The position numbers and the translations under genes are program-made. The notes beneath the pieces are model-generated. The model had not been told where the DNA came from. It did not search any database and was given only the letters and a program-made list of their open reading frames with translations. Positions 1-10,130 of a stretch of DNA of 64,000 nucleotides are shown piece after piece. The DNA is taken from the NCBI GenBank assembly GCA_965267575.1, contig OZ254086.1, positions 1,632,001 to 1,696,000 on the forward strand, read 5' to 3'. The stretch comes from Calditrichales bacterium (GTDB lineage Bacteria > Calditrichota > Calditrichia > Calditrichales > J004). How positions within the stretch are numbered: the stretch's first letter is position 1; the number at the start of each line of letters is the position of its first letter.

Positions 1-1790
1 GTCTGGTGAGAATAGGCCCAGCGGTTGTTATCAAAACCTTCCACCGGCAAAATGCGGAACAGATCGTCATCATCGTTGATGAAGCGGTCAGCCGGCGTGG
101 CACGGAAATAGTTGCGCTCCAGGCGCTCACGATCGATATAATCCTTGCTGACGCGCTCGCGGATACCGACCAGGTCAACCAGCGTGATCACGATAAAGGC
201 CAGCACCAGGGCGCCAAAAGCTACTTTCTTTTTGAGATAGGCAAATAGCAATCCGCCGGCAACGAGCACAATCAGGAAATAGCGCAGCAAGTCATCCATA
301 AACATTTCCTGCCGGGCCTGGGAGATCAGTTGTTGCACATTGGCCTGGTAAGATTCACCGGTTTTTACGAATTCCGCGCCCTGACCGTAGAGAAAAATGA
401 CAATACCCAAAGCAATAAATGATCCGATGCAGGCGAACAGCAACTTCTGCTGTTTTGAGTCCCCCTCTCCTGAAAAAATCTGCCACAACGCGTTTAACCC
501 GAAGGCGGCAAACAGGGCGATGATAAACGATGTAACGGTCACGCTCATCATCGGGGCGCGGAATTTGTTAAAGAAGGGTACGTAGTTGTAAAAGAGGCTG
601 TAAAACCAGGACATGTGGCGCCCGAAAGAGAGCAGCACAAGGAACACGGCAAAAATCCCCAACCCGATGATCAGCGGTTTTTTGCGGTTAAAAACAATCC
701 CGATCAGCGCCAGCAGAAGCGTAAGCACGCCCATATATTCGTAACTCTGCGTAAAGGGCATTTCGCCCCAATAGCCCGGTATGGTGCGTCCCTTAAGCTG
801 GCTGACGGCGTCACCCTCATATTTCTCGCCGGACATACCGCCGAAGATGCGCGGCACAAACCAGGTAAGGATTTCTTCAGGGGCTGTGGACCATTGCGTG
901 GCATATTCTATCGACACGCCATCGTCGCGGTCCAGGTTTTCTGGTTTTTGCGGCTGCTGCAGGTTGATCGTGGTTTTACCGCGCTTGGAGTAGGGCAGAT
1001 ACTCGCGGGCGTTAAACAACGGTTGCGCGGCCATCAATACGGCCAGGGCCACGGCGGCAAATACCATCAAAGTGGACAATCCAAAACGTTTGAAATTTTT
1101 CTCCAGTGCGTCCTTTAAAATGGGGTAAACACCGATGCTGAAAATCAGCAAACCGCTGTAGAATACGATCTGGTAATGTTGCGTGCGTATTTGCAGCCCG
1201 AAAGCCAGCGCAAACAGCGCCATGGCAAACAGCGTTCTTTTTTCCAGGAAATAGAGAAAGGTCAGCGTGATCCATGGCAGCATCATCAGGGCGCGGAATT
1301 TGGTGTAGTGCCCCTCCAGGTAGAGCGATTTGTAATGCGGCATCAGCACAAAGGCCAGGCTGCCAAGAAAGGCCACAAGCGGGCGCATTTTCAGCCAGCG
1401 TAACAGCAGGTAGGTGCCCAGGGCGGCAAAGAGATAATAGATGAACACGTTGTTGGTCAGCCGGCCCAGCCAGTGCAAAATATCATCCGCGGAAAAGGTA
1501 ACCGGATTGATTCGCTGGTAGCGCGGCATTCCGGCAAAAAGATAAGGATTCCACAAAGCGCGGTCGCCGCTCTCCTCTTCAAATTCTTTTACCTGGTTGT
1601 TGGCGCCGATCGAAGCAACCACATCCACACCCTGTGGCGACAAGCCGTCAATAACCATAGGCTTGAGCAAAAATACCATAATGATGGTGAGCAGAACCGG
1701 AAAGAGAATATCCTGCTGCCGCGTGTTTAGGCCGAACCCTTTTTTCTCCGTCGTCTCTTTTTTGCGTTTCGGTTGACTCTTTTTAGCCAT
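1..1790 (-). CDS. YfhO-family multi-pass membrane protein (GT-C-like); 3' end runs off the window
   Basis: Not in the ORF track because it is truncated. Manual translation from ATG 1790 gives MAKKSQPKRKK...ALWNPYLFAGMPRY...YWGEMPFTQSYEYMG...YNYVPFFNKFRAP, with YfhO-type motifs and many hydrophobic helices; follows two GT2 genes. Confidence 0.75.
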   Translation of the reverse strand, partial: MAKKSQPKRKKETTEKKGFGLNTRQQDILFPVLLTIIMVFLLKPMVIDGLSPQGVDVVASIGANNQVKEFEEESGDRALWNPYLFAGMPRYQRINPVTFSADDILHWLGRLTNNVFIYYLFAALGTYLLLRWLKMRPLVAFLGSLAFVLMPHYKSLYLEGHYTKFRALMMLPWITLTFLYFLEKRTLFAMALFALAFGLQIRTQHYQIVFYSGLLIFSIGVYPILKDALEKNFKRFGLSTLMVFAAVALAVLMAAQPLFNAREYLPYSKRGKTTINLQQPQKPENLDRDDGVSIEYATQWSTAPEEILTWFVPRIFGGMSGEKYEGDAVSQLKGRTIPGYWGEMPFTQSYEYMGVLTLLLALIGIVFNRKKPLIIGLGIFAVFLVLLSFGRHMSWFYSLFYNYVPFFNKFRAPMMSVTVTSFIIALFAAFGLNALWQIFSGEGDSKQQKLLFACIGSFIALGIVIFLYGQGAEFVKTGESYQANVQQLISQARQEMFMDDLLRYFLIVLVAGGLLFAYLKKKVAFGALVLAFIVITLVDLVGIRERVSKDYIDRERLERNYFRATPADRFINDDDDLFRILPVEGFDNNRWAYSHQ

Positions 1791-1807
1791 TAACAGCTCC
1801 TGACTCT

Positions 1808-2848
1808 TTATTTATAATAGTTTTTCCTGAAACCGCTATGCGCGCCTTTGCCCAAGATAATACGACGCGTGAAATTGTACAAAAAGCCCAGGCCATAGCC
1901 CAAAACCTGCGCCGGCATCACCAGCGGCAACCATAACGCCGGCCGGAACGAACGGTACATGATAATGGCGTCGATCAACGAAAAAATCAGGCCGAGGCAG
2001 GCCAGCGTAAAGCCAGCGTAAAAAATATTTAGCGCGATTGTATTGAACGGCGCGAGCAGACACACCAGTATAATCAAAAGCGTGGCAATAGCGGGCAGGG
2101 CATGCAGCGGCTCCAGCATCATGCGGTCTATTTTATACAGGTTGATGCGTGCTACGCCCCAGTTGAATACCTGCTTAAAAAAGCGCCGCAGATTGGTGCG
2201 TCTTTTGTGGTAAACCGGGGCGTCAACAAAGACCACACGGGCGCCGCTTTTGATAATACGGTGGCTGTACTCGATATCCTGGCCGTGACGCAGCGCGCCA
2301 AAGCCGCCTATTTTTTGCCACAGCTCGCGGCTTAGCCCCATGTTGAAAGAGCGCGGGTAAAATTTAGCCAGCTTTTTACCCTTGCGTCCGCGCAGGCCGC
2401 CGGTCAGCAAAAAGGAAGTCATCGAGTAGTTGATAGCCTTAAGCAGTGGCGAAAACTCCTCGTGAAACGTGTCGGGGCCGCCAAAAGCGTCTGCCCCGGA
2501 TGAGCTTAATTCTTCGTCAATTTTTTTTAGCCAGTCCGCGGGCATGGTTACGTCGGAGTCGACAAAAATAAAAAAGCTGCCCTGTGCCTTTTCCATGGCC
2601 AGGTTGCGAGCGGCGCCGGGGCCCTGGTTTTTCTGGCGGATGTAGCGCAGGTGGTAGACATTCTGCTTTTGTACCGCAATAGCCAGCTCCCTGGTGGAAT
2701 CCGTTGAGCCGTCATCGGAAAGAATGACTTCAAAACGATCCCGCGGGAAATCCAGCATCGAAAGCGATTGCAGCAGTTCGCGCAACTCGCTCGCGCGGTT
2801 AAACGTGGGGATGATAATGGAATAAGTGTGTGAACGGGTTGTACTCAT
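1808..2848 (-). CDS. Glycosyltransferase family 2 with C-terminal TM helices
   Basis: SIIIPTFN, DDGSTD, GPGAARN, FVDSD (DxD), GQDIE and FFKQVFNWG motifs. Confidence 0.9.
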   Translation of the reverse strand: MSTTRSHTYSIIIPTFNRASELRELLQSLSMLDFPRDRFEVILSDDGSTDSTRELAIAVQKQNVYHLRYIRQKNQGPGAARNLAMEKAQGSFFIFVDSDVTMPADWLKKIDEELSSSGADAFGGPDTFHEEFSPLLKAINYSMTSFLLTGGLRGRKGKKLAKFYPRSFNMGLSRELWQKIGGFGALRHGQDIEYSHRIIKSGARVVFVDAPVYHKRRTNLRRFFKQVFNWGVARINLYKIDRMMLEPLHALPAIATLLIILVCLLAPFNTIALNIFYAGFTLACLGLIFSLIDAIIMYRSFRPALWLPLVMPAQVLGYGLGFLYNFTRRIILGKGAHSGFRKNYYK

Positions 2849-2862
2849 TCAGCCGTGGCCGC

Positions 2863-3786
2863 TCAGTTTAGCTCGTCTTTGACGGTGTAGTCGATAGAGG
2901 TGCCCCGTGTGTTGATCAGCATTTCGCCGATAAGCCCGAGCGAGAAAAACTGCACACCCACGATGATCAGCAAAACACCGAGGAAAAACAGCGGGCGCTG
3001 ACCAATGCCATAGCCCTGGAACCATAAGACGGAAAGATAGATCAGGATGATTACGCCCAAAACGGAAGCACCCAGCCCCAGGAAACCAAAAAGATGCAGC
3101 GGCTTCTGGCGGAAACGCGTTATGAACAAAACGGTCAGCAGATCGAAAAAGCCGTTAAAGAAGCGTTTGACGCCAAATTTGGAACGGCCAAATTTGCGGG
3201 CGTGATGCTTTACCACAAGCTCGCCGACGTTAAAGCCCAGCCAATGGGCCAGCACGGGCAGGTAGCGGTGCAGCTCTCCGTAAACCGGGATTGCCTTGAT
3301 GACCGCGCTGCGATACGCCTTAAGGCCGCAGTTGAAGTCGTGAATGTGAATGCCGGTAAGCATGCGCGTTACAGCATTAAACAATTTGGATGGCAGGGTT
3401 TTGCTCAGCGGGTCGTTGCGTTTTTGCTTCCAGCCGCTTACCAGGTCCAGCCCCTCGTTGATCTTTTGGACCAGGTTGGGGATTTCCGCCGGGTCGTCTT
3501 GCAGGTCGGCGTCCATGGTGATCACGATATTGCCGCGCGTTCTTTTAAAGCCCTCGGAGAGTGCGGCGCTTTTACCGAAATTGCGGTTGAAACGCACAAC
3601 GCGGATATAACCGTACTGCTGCTTAAGCTTTTTTAAAATATTAAAGGAGTCATCGGTGCTGCCATCATCCACAAAAATGATCTCGTGGGTTTTGGAAACC
3701 TTTTTAAGCTGCTCATCAATGCGGCGTGTCAGTTCGGGGAGGGATTCGGCCTCGTTAAAAAGAGGTACAACGATCGATATTTCCAT
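2863..3786 (-). CDS. GT2 polyprenol-phosphate glycosyltransferase (ArnC/DPM1-like)
   Basis: ISIVVPLFNE, VDDGSTD, RNFGKSAAL, MDADLQDDP, HDFNCGLKAYR, GELHRYLP and two C-terminal TMs; start moved to ATG 3786. Confidence 0.9.
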   Translation of the reverse strand: MEISIVVPLFNEAESLPELTRRIDEQLKKVSKTHEIIFVDDGSTDDSFNILKKLKQQYGYIRVVRFNRNFGKSAALSEGFKRTRGNIVITMDADLQDDPAEIPNLVQKINEGLDLVSGWKQKRNDPLSKTLPSKLFNAVTRMLTGIHIHDFNCGLKAYRSAVIKAIPVYGELHRYLPVLAHWLGFNVGELVVKHHARKFGRSKFGVKRFFNGFFDLLTVLFITRFRQKPLHLFGFLGLGASVLGVIILIYLSVLWFQGYGIGQRPLFFLGVLLIIVGVQFFSLGLIGEMLINTRGTSIDYTVKDELN

Positions 3787-3805
3787 AAAGCGCAAAATAC
3801 ATTCA

Positions 3806-4579
3806 TTATAATGAGAGGTCTATTTGGGTCGCGGAATCGGAAATGTGAATATTATAGCGCTCGGCAGCGATCGGTTCATTGATTTGCAGGCCGGTATAGA
3901 TAATAGTCACACCCTGCTTCTCATCCGGACGAACGAAATTTACGAGGTGCGGGAAATAAATGCCATTTACTTTGCGGAAGTTGTCGTATTCTTTATAAAA
4001 TTGCAGTTGCTCTTCCAGGTAATACTCGATACGCGTGATCAGGTAATTTTCCGGATCAAACCAGATATGGTAGCTGTAGGCGCCGTTGGAGGCTTCCAGG
4101 TAATATTGGTCGTCGCGGACGGAGTAGCTTTGCTTCTGCAGCACATTAAAGCTGTTTTGCGCGGTAAAAAGATCGCTAAGCTGGTCCACATCCATTGGAA
4201 ACTGCAGGAAACGCCTGCCGCTGAGTTGCGCGCGATCGCCGGTGTAAAACTGGTTCATGGCCTGGTTGTAAAAAACAAAGCGGCTTTTGGAGAAATAGAC
4301 TTTTCCCAGGCGCATGCCAAACGGGCCGGTAACGGTAATTAAAAGACTGTCGCTTTCGTTGCGCAAAATTTCTGCGCTCAGGTTGCCGGAATATTCCGGC
4401 GTATCCAGCGTAATGCGCATGTCTCCGCTAATTGTTTTGATTGCATCCTGCCACTCCGCGTTATGACGCAAAAGCAGCTGGTAATCGGTTTTTTCTGCAT
4501 CGGGTTTTGTCGTGCTGAAATAGGCGCATCCCTGCAAAAAGAAGGCGAGCGATAACAATACTAATAATTTTTTCATCAA
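3806..4579 (-). CDS. DUF4292-family (LolA/LolB-like fold) lipoprotein
   Basis: Lipobox FFLQG-C; 'DSLLITVTGPFGM' and 'YDNFRKVNGIYFP' segments; start overlaps the stop of the TPR gene. Confidence 0.65.
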   Translation of the reverse strand: MMKKLLVLLSLAFFLQGCAYFSTTKPDAEKTDYQLLLRHNAEWQDAIKTISGDMRITLDTPEYSGNLSAEILRNESDSLLITVTGPFGMRLGKVYFSKSRFVFYNQAMNQFYTGDRAQLSGRRFLQFPMDVDQLSDLFTAQNSFNVLQKQSYSVRDDQYYLEASNGAYSYHIWFDPENYLITRIEYYLEEQLQFYKEYDNFRKVNGIYFPHLVNFVRPDEKQGVTIIYTGLQINEPIAAERYNIHISDSATQIDLSL

Positions 4580-6267
4580 TATGAATGTGCTTCCAGTTTA
4601 TCGTTTACAGATTTGTTTCCGGGATCTAATTCAAATGCTTTCTGCCAGCTGGCGCGGGCCTGCTCCACATTGTCCAGCTTAAAAAAGATATCACCAAGGT
4701 GCTCCCAGACCACCGCCGATTCGGGACGTACTTCCAGTGATTTTTGCACCCACTCCAGCGCGCCGTCATAGTCTCCCATTTTGTAGAGTATCCAGCCGTA
4801 GGTGTCGAGGTAGGCGCCGTTTTCCGGTTCCGCGGTAATTGCCTTGCGCGACATCTCGAGGGCTTCCTCCAGACGCAGGTCCCTTTCCACCAGGCTCCAG
4901 GCGTAGTTATTCAGAAGCAGCGGATTATCGGGCAGTTGCTGCAGGCCAAATTCGTAAATGCTGTCGCTTTTGGCGACCATGTTCAGTTCCTCATACACAA
5001 TAGGCAGGGAACTAAGCGCGTTCAGGTTGGATGGATCCAGTACGAGGGCGCGGTTGAATGGGCCAACGGCTTCACGGAATTTCTTTTGCTGTTGCAGCGA
5101 AATGCCGTACCACGACCACAATTCCGCGTCGCGTGGCAGATGACTCACGGCATCGCGGAAGTTGGCGGAAACGGCTTCCTTGTCGCCCATATCGGAATAT
5201 GTGAAGCCCAGAAAAAGCCAGCCATAGCGGTTTTTAGGATCGGAGTTTACAATTTCCTGAAAATAGCCGGCGGCGTCCTGGTAATTCTTACTTTCCAGTT
5301 CAATGCGTCCCAGCAGGTCGTAAACACCCCAGGGAACATCCTTGCGGCTGGCCAGTGGCAGCAATAACTCGCGCGTTTGTTCCGGCTGATCCAGAAAATA
5401 GTGCGCTTCGGCCATCATGATACGTGCCGTTAAATTGTCGCCCTTATTTAAAACGGGCTGATATAGATTGATCACTTCCTGGTACATGCGCTGCTCGCGG
5501 AAGAGCAGGGCCAGGTTATTCATGGCCTCGCTGTTGCCGGGGTCCAGCTCCAGCGCTTTGCGAAAACTCTTTATTGCAGGGGCGGTTTCACCCAGGTTAT
5601 CCTGAGCCTCGGCACGCAACTCCCAAATGGTGCTGTTTGTAGAATCGATCTCCAGCCACTCATTGATATATTTCAGCGCGTTTCTGAAATCGTCCTGCTC
5701 CACGTATGCTTCTACAATCTGCTTGAGCACAGTCTGGCTTTTGCCGTAAATATGCAGCAGGTCTTCGTAAAGCCTGGCCTTGCCGGCCACGTCATCATTT
5801 TTTTCATAGAGGAAGAAAAGAAAATTACGCGCTTCCTCGTTCAGCGGGTCCAGTGCCAGGATTTTTTCGTAGGTGCCAATGGCCAGGCTATCCTTGCGCT
5901 GGCGGAAATAGACCTCGCCCAAAAGGGTCAGCGTCTCAATGTTGTCAGGCTCCAGGGAGCGGGCTTTGCTCAGATGGTAATAGGCCGGTTCCAGCTCGTT
6001 CAGCTTGATGTAATTTTCGGCCAGGCTGTTGCAGATCGTGGCCGAGGTTGTATCATAGATCTGTGCTTTGTGGAACTGGATCAACGCTTCGCTGTAGCGT
6101 TCTTCCATTTGCAGGTACAGGCCTTTAAGAAAGTATTCCCGGGCCTTAAAGGATATTTGTTCCTGCTCATGCGTTTCGCTTTCAACAGTGCTTTTACGCA
6201 GCGCGGAACAACCCTGAATGGAGAGGGAACCGATCACAAAAATCAAAAGTAATATGGGCGTCTTCAT
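4576..6267 (-). CDS. TPR-repeat lipoprotein
   Basis: Lipobox SIQG-C; many TPR units including LNNYAW, YLDTYGWILYKMG and EHLGDIF. Confidence 0.9.
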   Translation of the reverse strand: MKTPILLLIFVIGSLSIQGCSALRKSTVESETHEQEQISFKAREYFLKGLYLQMEERYSEALIQFHKAQIYDTTSATICNSLAENYIKLNELEPAYYHLSKARSLEPDNIETLTLLGEVYFRQRKDSLAIGTYEKILALDPLNEEARNFLFFLYEKNDDVAGKARLYEDLLHIYGKSQTVLKQIVEAYVEQDDFRNALKYINEWLEIDSTNSTIWELRAEAQDNLGETAPAIKSFRKALELDPGNSEAMNNLALLFREQRMYQEVINLYQPVLNKGDNLTARIMMAEAHYFLDQPEQTRELLLPLASRKDVPWGVYDLLGRIELESKNYQDAAGYFQEIVNSDPKNRYGWLFLGFTYSDMGDKEAVSANFRDAVSHLPRDAELWSWYGISLQQQKKFREAVGPFNRALVLDPSNLNALSSLPIVYEELNMVAKSDSIYEFGLQQLPDNPLLLNNYAWSLVERDLRLEEALEMSRKAITAEPENGAYLDTYGWILYKMGDYDGALEWVQKSLEVRPESAVVWEHLGDIFFKLDNVEQARASWQKAFELDPGNKSVNDKLEAHSY

Positions 6268-6413
6268 AAGCCGCTAAATATAGGTTTTACAGTTAAGGAT
6301 AACAAGGCCGCTTTCTTGCGAATGTTTCGGCTTTTGGTTAGCTTTCTTGCGCAATAAAAGCATCCCGTCCGGCACGGGATTATAGAACAGGTCATCAAAA
6401 AAGTTCCGGATTA

Positions 6414-8576
6414 ATGAAACGAAAAAAAAGAAACAACACTTCCTCGAATATTTCCCCGTTTAAAAGCAGTGCCTCTCAAACCGTGTTCAAGCCCAGTTTT
6501 TCAGAAGCCTTTAAAGATAAAAAACATTGGCTGATTATTTCCGTGCTGGCGGTTGTCGTCATCGGAGGCCTTATTTTTTTCTGGCAAATCAGCCGTGACC
6601 TGCCGCCTCTGGCTAAACTGGAACGGATTGAACCGGCCATGGCCACACAGGTCTATTCGTCCAACGGGGAAATCCTGCACTCCTTTTTTACATCCAACAG
6701 GGCCTATACGCCATATGACCGTATCCCCTCGCATGTAATTGACGCCTTGCTTTCGCGCGAAGACCGCAGCTTTTACGATCATTGGGGCATCAACCTGATG
6801 GGTATCGCCCGGGCCATCATTGTCGATATCCGTGAAATGGCTATCGTGGAAGGGGGCAGCACACTGACAATGCAGCTGGCCAAAAACCTCTACTTTGGCC
6901 GTGAACAGACTTTTACAAGAAAAATCAAGGAAGCCTTGACCGCCATCCAGATCGAGAAGACCTATTCTAAAAACGAAATTCTCGAGATGTACCTCAATGT
7001 AAATGATTTTGGTAATAATGCGTTTGGTATACAGGCTGCCGCGAGACGCTATTTTGATAAACCCGTTGAAGACATAACGGTGGATGAAGCCGCGCTGCTC
7101 ATCGGTATTTTAAAAGGCACCACACGCTATTCGCCCATTCGTCACCCGGAGCGTGCAAAGCACCAGCGCAACGTGGTACTAAGTACCATGGTCAGCAATG
7201 ACATGCTGAGCAAAGAAGCCTTCGACAGTCTTAAACAAAAACCATTGGGGTTAAACCTCAACGATCCAAATGAAATGAAAACGGCGCCCTATTTCACGGA
7301 ATTCATCCGGCGTCAACTGAACAGCCTGCAGGACTCGCTGGGGGTAAATATCTATGAAGACGGATTGCGGGTTTACACGACGCTTAATACAAAATTTCAG
7401 CACTATATGGAGAAGGCCGTAGAAAAGCACATCGACGCGGTGCAACAGCGAGTACGTAACCAGCGTGCTTTCAGGGAATTGCAGGAAACCCTGAGTGATT
7501 CGGCTTTTAATGAAGTAACTACCGTGCAGATCGCTTTTACAGCATTGAACCCGCACAACGGCCATATCCTGGCGATGATCGGCGGGCGCGATTTCAGCAA
7601 GTCCAAATTCAACCGCGCCACCCAGGCACGCAGACAGCCCGGTTCGGCCTTTAAGCCGTTCCTCTACACCGCGGCGATCGACAATGGGTTCTCACCCGTG
7701 GACCAGTATCTCAACCAGCCCACGGTAGAGATCAACCCCGATGGCACGCGCTGGACGCCGGAAAATTATGACAAATCCGTCGGCGGGCTGACCACCTTGC
7801 GCGAAGCGCTGTACCGCTCACTTAACCTAGTGGCCGTGCGCCTTATCGCCGATGTAAATCCGCGCAATGTGGCGCGTTATGCCAAAGCGCTGGGTCTTTC
7901 CACGCAAATTCGACCTTTCTCCTCGCTGGCACTTGGCAGCTCTGAGGTGATACCCCTTGAACTGACTGCGGCCTATGGCACATTCGCCAATAACGGCCTG
8001 CTTGTTGAACCGATCGGTATTATCCGCATCGAGGACCGCAACGGCAACATCATTTACCGCGATACGCCGCGGCCCAGCGAAGCGCTTTCGCCGGAGACAG
8101 CCCATATCGTGCGCGACATGATGGAAGATGTAGTGCGCCGCGGAACGGGTTACGCCCTGATACGTGACTATGGTTTATATAATCTGCCTTTGGCCGGAAA
8201 AACCGGTACCACCAACGACTTTACCGATGCCTGGTTTGTGGGGTATACGCCGGACATAGCCGCCAGTGTCTGGGTGGGGCTGGACGATCCGCAGATGAGC
8301 CTGGGACCGGGTATGACCGGCTCCGTGGCCGCCTTGCCCATGTGGGGCGAGTTTGTAAGTACGGTTTATGACAGTGTGGATTTTATCCATGGCCGTTTTG
8401 TTGATTCGCCGGGTGTGCTGAATGTGGAGGTATGCCTGGAAAGCAAAAAGCTGGCAACTCCTTACTGCCCCAATACGGTAACCGATCTGTTCACCGTGCG
8501 CAATAAACCCGCTGCCACCTGCGAAATTCACGGCGGCTTTGATTCAGTTAAGAAGACGCGGAAGAGGAGATTTTAA
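6414..8576 (+). CDS. mrcA: Class A penicillin-binding protein (PBP1A, transglycosylase/transpeptidase)
   Basis: N-terminal TM; EDRSFYDHWG, GGSTLTMQL and RKIKE glycosyltransferase motifs; SAFK, SLN and KTG transpeptidase motifs. Confidence 0.93.
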   Translation: MKRKKRNNTSSNISPFKSSASQTVFKPSFSEAFKDKKHWLIISVLAVVVIGGLIFFWQISRDLPPLAKLERIEPAMATQVYSSNGEILHSFFTSNRAYTPYDRIPSHVIDALLSREDRSFYDHWGINLMGIARAIIVDIREMAIVEGGSTLTMQLAKNLYFGREQTFTRKIKEALTAIQIEKTYSKNEILEMYLNVNDFGNNAFGIQAAARRYFDKPVEDITVDEAALLIGILKGTTRYSPIRHPERAKHQRNVVLSTMVSNDMLSKEAFDSLKQKPLGLNLNDPNEMKTAPYFTEFIRRQLNSLQDSLGVNIYEDGLRVYTTLNTKFQHYMEKAVEKHIDAVQQRVRNQRAFRELQETLSDSAFNEVTTVQIAFTALNPHNGHILAMIGGRDFSKSKFNRATQARRQPGSAFKPFLYTAAIDNGFSPVDQYLNQPTVEINPDGTRWTPENYDKSVGGLTTLREALYRSLNLVAVRLIADVNPRNVARYAKALGLSTQIRPFSSLALGSSEVIPLELTAAYGTFANNGLLVEPIGIIRIEDRNGNIIYRDTPRPSEALSPETAHIVRDMMEDVVRRGTGYALIRDYGLYNLPLAGKTGTTNDFTDAWFVGYTPDIAASVWVGLDDPQMSLGPGMTGSVAALPMWGEFVSTVYDSVDFIHGRFVDSPGVLNVEVCLESKKLATPYCPNTVTDLFTVRNKPAATCEIHGGFDSVKKTRKRRF

Positions 8577-8613
8577 TTATTCTTATCGAGCCGGGTAATA
8601 ATTTCAACTTAGT

Positions 8614-9015
8614 TTAGCCTGCTTTGACAAGTTCTAAAAATTCTCTCGGCGTTATAATTTTGATCGGAGAATTAGCCCTCACGTCCAATAAATCCTTGTC
8701 ACCCGTAATAAGAACGGCTGCTTTACTTTTTATAGAAAGGGCGAGGATCTTCTCATCATCCTTGTCTCGAAGTGCCAAAGGCGATGGTTCATTTGCATAG
8801 GTACATACTTCAAAGTGGTTTAGATAATTGAGAATATTTTTAACCGAAGTATCCGGCATTTTAAACTTCTTGAGCAGAGCATTTTTGAGTTCGGCAAGGA
8901 CCACATCGCCAATGACAAGCTCGTGTTCCTTGACTATAATTCTAAAAATATCAGCAGACAAACCACGCGAGACAAAGGCGCTTATCAGCACATTTGTATC
9001 CAGGAAAATCCTCAA
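8614..9015 (-). CDS. PIN-domain toxin (VapC-like)
   Basis: MRIFLDTNVLISA, RDKDDEKIL and LITGDKDLL acidic PIN motifs; overlaps the antitoxin stop by 4 nt. Confidence 0.88.
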   Translation of the reverse strand: MRIFLDTNVLISAFVSRGLSADIFRIIVKEHELVIGDVVLAELKNALLKKFKMPDTSVKNILNYLNHFEVCTYANEPSPLALRDKDDEKILALSIKSKAAVLITGDKDLLDVRANSPIKIITPREFLELVKAG

Positions 9016-9230
9016 GAGATTTCCCTAAATACATCTTCATCTGTAAGGATATTTTTGCTTTCGCCGTAGGGCAGAGATTGTTCACGCAGTACCTCATACA
9101 TCTGCAGAAGTAGCTGACGACGCAGTGATTCACGGACCACTTCACTGCGCTTGCGCCTCTGCTGTTTGGCGACGGCGTTTAACAAATCGTTTAGCTCGTC
9201 ATCAAGACGGATGGTGATAGCATTTTTCAT
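9012..9230 (-). CDS. Ribbon-helix-helix (CopG-type) antitoxin
   Basis: From ATG 9230: MKNAITIRLDDELNDLLNAVAKQQRRKRSEVVRESL, an RHH pattern, directly upstream of the PIN gene. Confidence 0.85.
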   Translation of the reverse strand: MKNAITIRLDDELNDLLNAVAKQQRRKRSEVVRESLRRQLLLQMYEVLREQSLPYGESKNILTDEDVFREIS

Positions 9231-9337
9231 GTCATACAATGTAATACATGGAGCTTGAGGCCGCAAGAAATTGAATTTGATCGGGCCATATGGGATCGCA
9301 TGCCTTTGCAGCTTTTGAAGGCGTAGATGCTTCTTAC

Positions 9338-9700
9338 TTACGCAAAGTCATCATCCGCCTTGTTGGGATCAACAGCCTGGTATTTTTTATGTAGACGATA
9401 TGAATATTTTGTAAGAACAAAAATTATGATAAAGGAAAATGTGATCGTAAAGAAATTGAATTCCATATTACCCTTATACATATCGTAAATTACCCGTCCG
9501 ATCATAATTAACATATAAGTGCCTATATTTCCGCTGTCTGCAATCTCCGCCTGTCGTGGGCTTTTGGGGCGTATATAGTCTTTATAGAAAAGGATGAATC
9601 CCACCTGTTCCAAGACAAAAGAAACAATAAAAAAAGCAATAACTATTATATGCGCTTTTCCGATTGAAATTAAGACGGAGATGAATGATTCTGTTAGCAT
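9338..9700 (-). CDS. Putative membrane immunity protein (family D, copy 1)
   Basis: 120 aa with about 3 hydrophobic helices, immediately downstream of toxin tip 9716-10127; near-identical to 15481-15855. Confidence 0.7.
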   Translation of the reverse strand: MLTESFISVLISIGKAHIIVIAFFIVSFVLEQVGFILFYKDYIRPKSPRQAEIADSGNIGTYMLIMIGRVIYDMYKGNMEFNFFTITFSFIIIFVLTKYSYRLHKKYQAVDPNKADDDFA

Positions 9701-9715
9701 TTACTTTACGTCTCT

Positions 9716-10127
9716 TTATGGGTTAACAGCGCGATCTATTGTATGTATCCTTTGCATAAAAATTCCCGGTACATAAAATGGTTTATAATAATTCCCTGCT
9801 GGACCACCGATTTCCCGGCTGGCTCCAATGCTAATGGCAGTTAACAATAAGTCATTAACGACCGGAGCGTTTTGTAAGTAGAAATTATAATAACGAAGCC
9901 CAACCTCTATTGCCTTGCCTGAAGCAGCAGCAATACCTTCACCCGCATAGCTCACGCCAAGCGCAGCCGCTCCACTGGATGCTGCAATGGCGCCAATATA
10001 CCGCCTGATGTAATGGCGGTTAAGCCCGCCGCCAGCGTCTTAAAAGCCGCCTGCCGGCGCTGGATGTCGGGATCGTCGGCTAACCATTGTTGGATGTCAT
10101 CCCAGTCGTATGGGCTTAGGCTGGCTT
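9716..10127 (-). pseudogene. Orphan toxin tip (family E, allele 1): no start codon, 2-bp frameshift near 9990
   Basis: 9935-10127 matches 15252-15442 except for a GC insertion and a few substitutions; unique C-terminus ending ...RIHTIDRAVNP. Confidence 0.7.
9935..10127. repeat. Direct repeat E, about 190 bp (second copy 15252-15442)
   Basis: Base-by-base match from accttcacccgcatag to gggcttaggctggctt. Confidence 0.92.
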
Positions 10128-10130
10128 ACA

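Noticed and set aside
6-1730. Short plus-strand ORFs and ORF 1012-1275
   Set aside because: Shadow frames of the long minus-strand YfhO-like gene.
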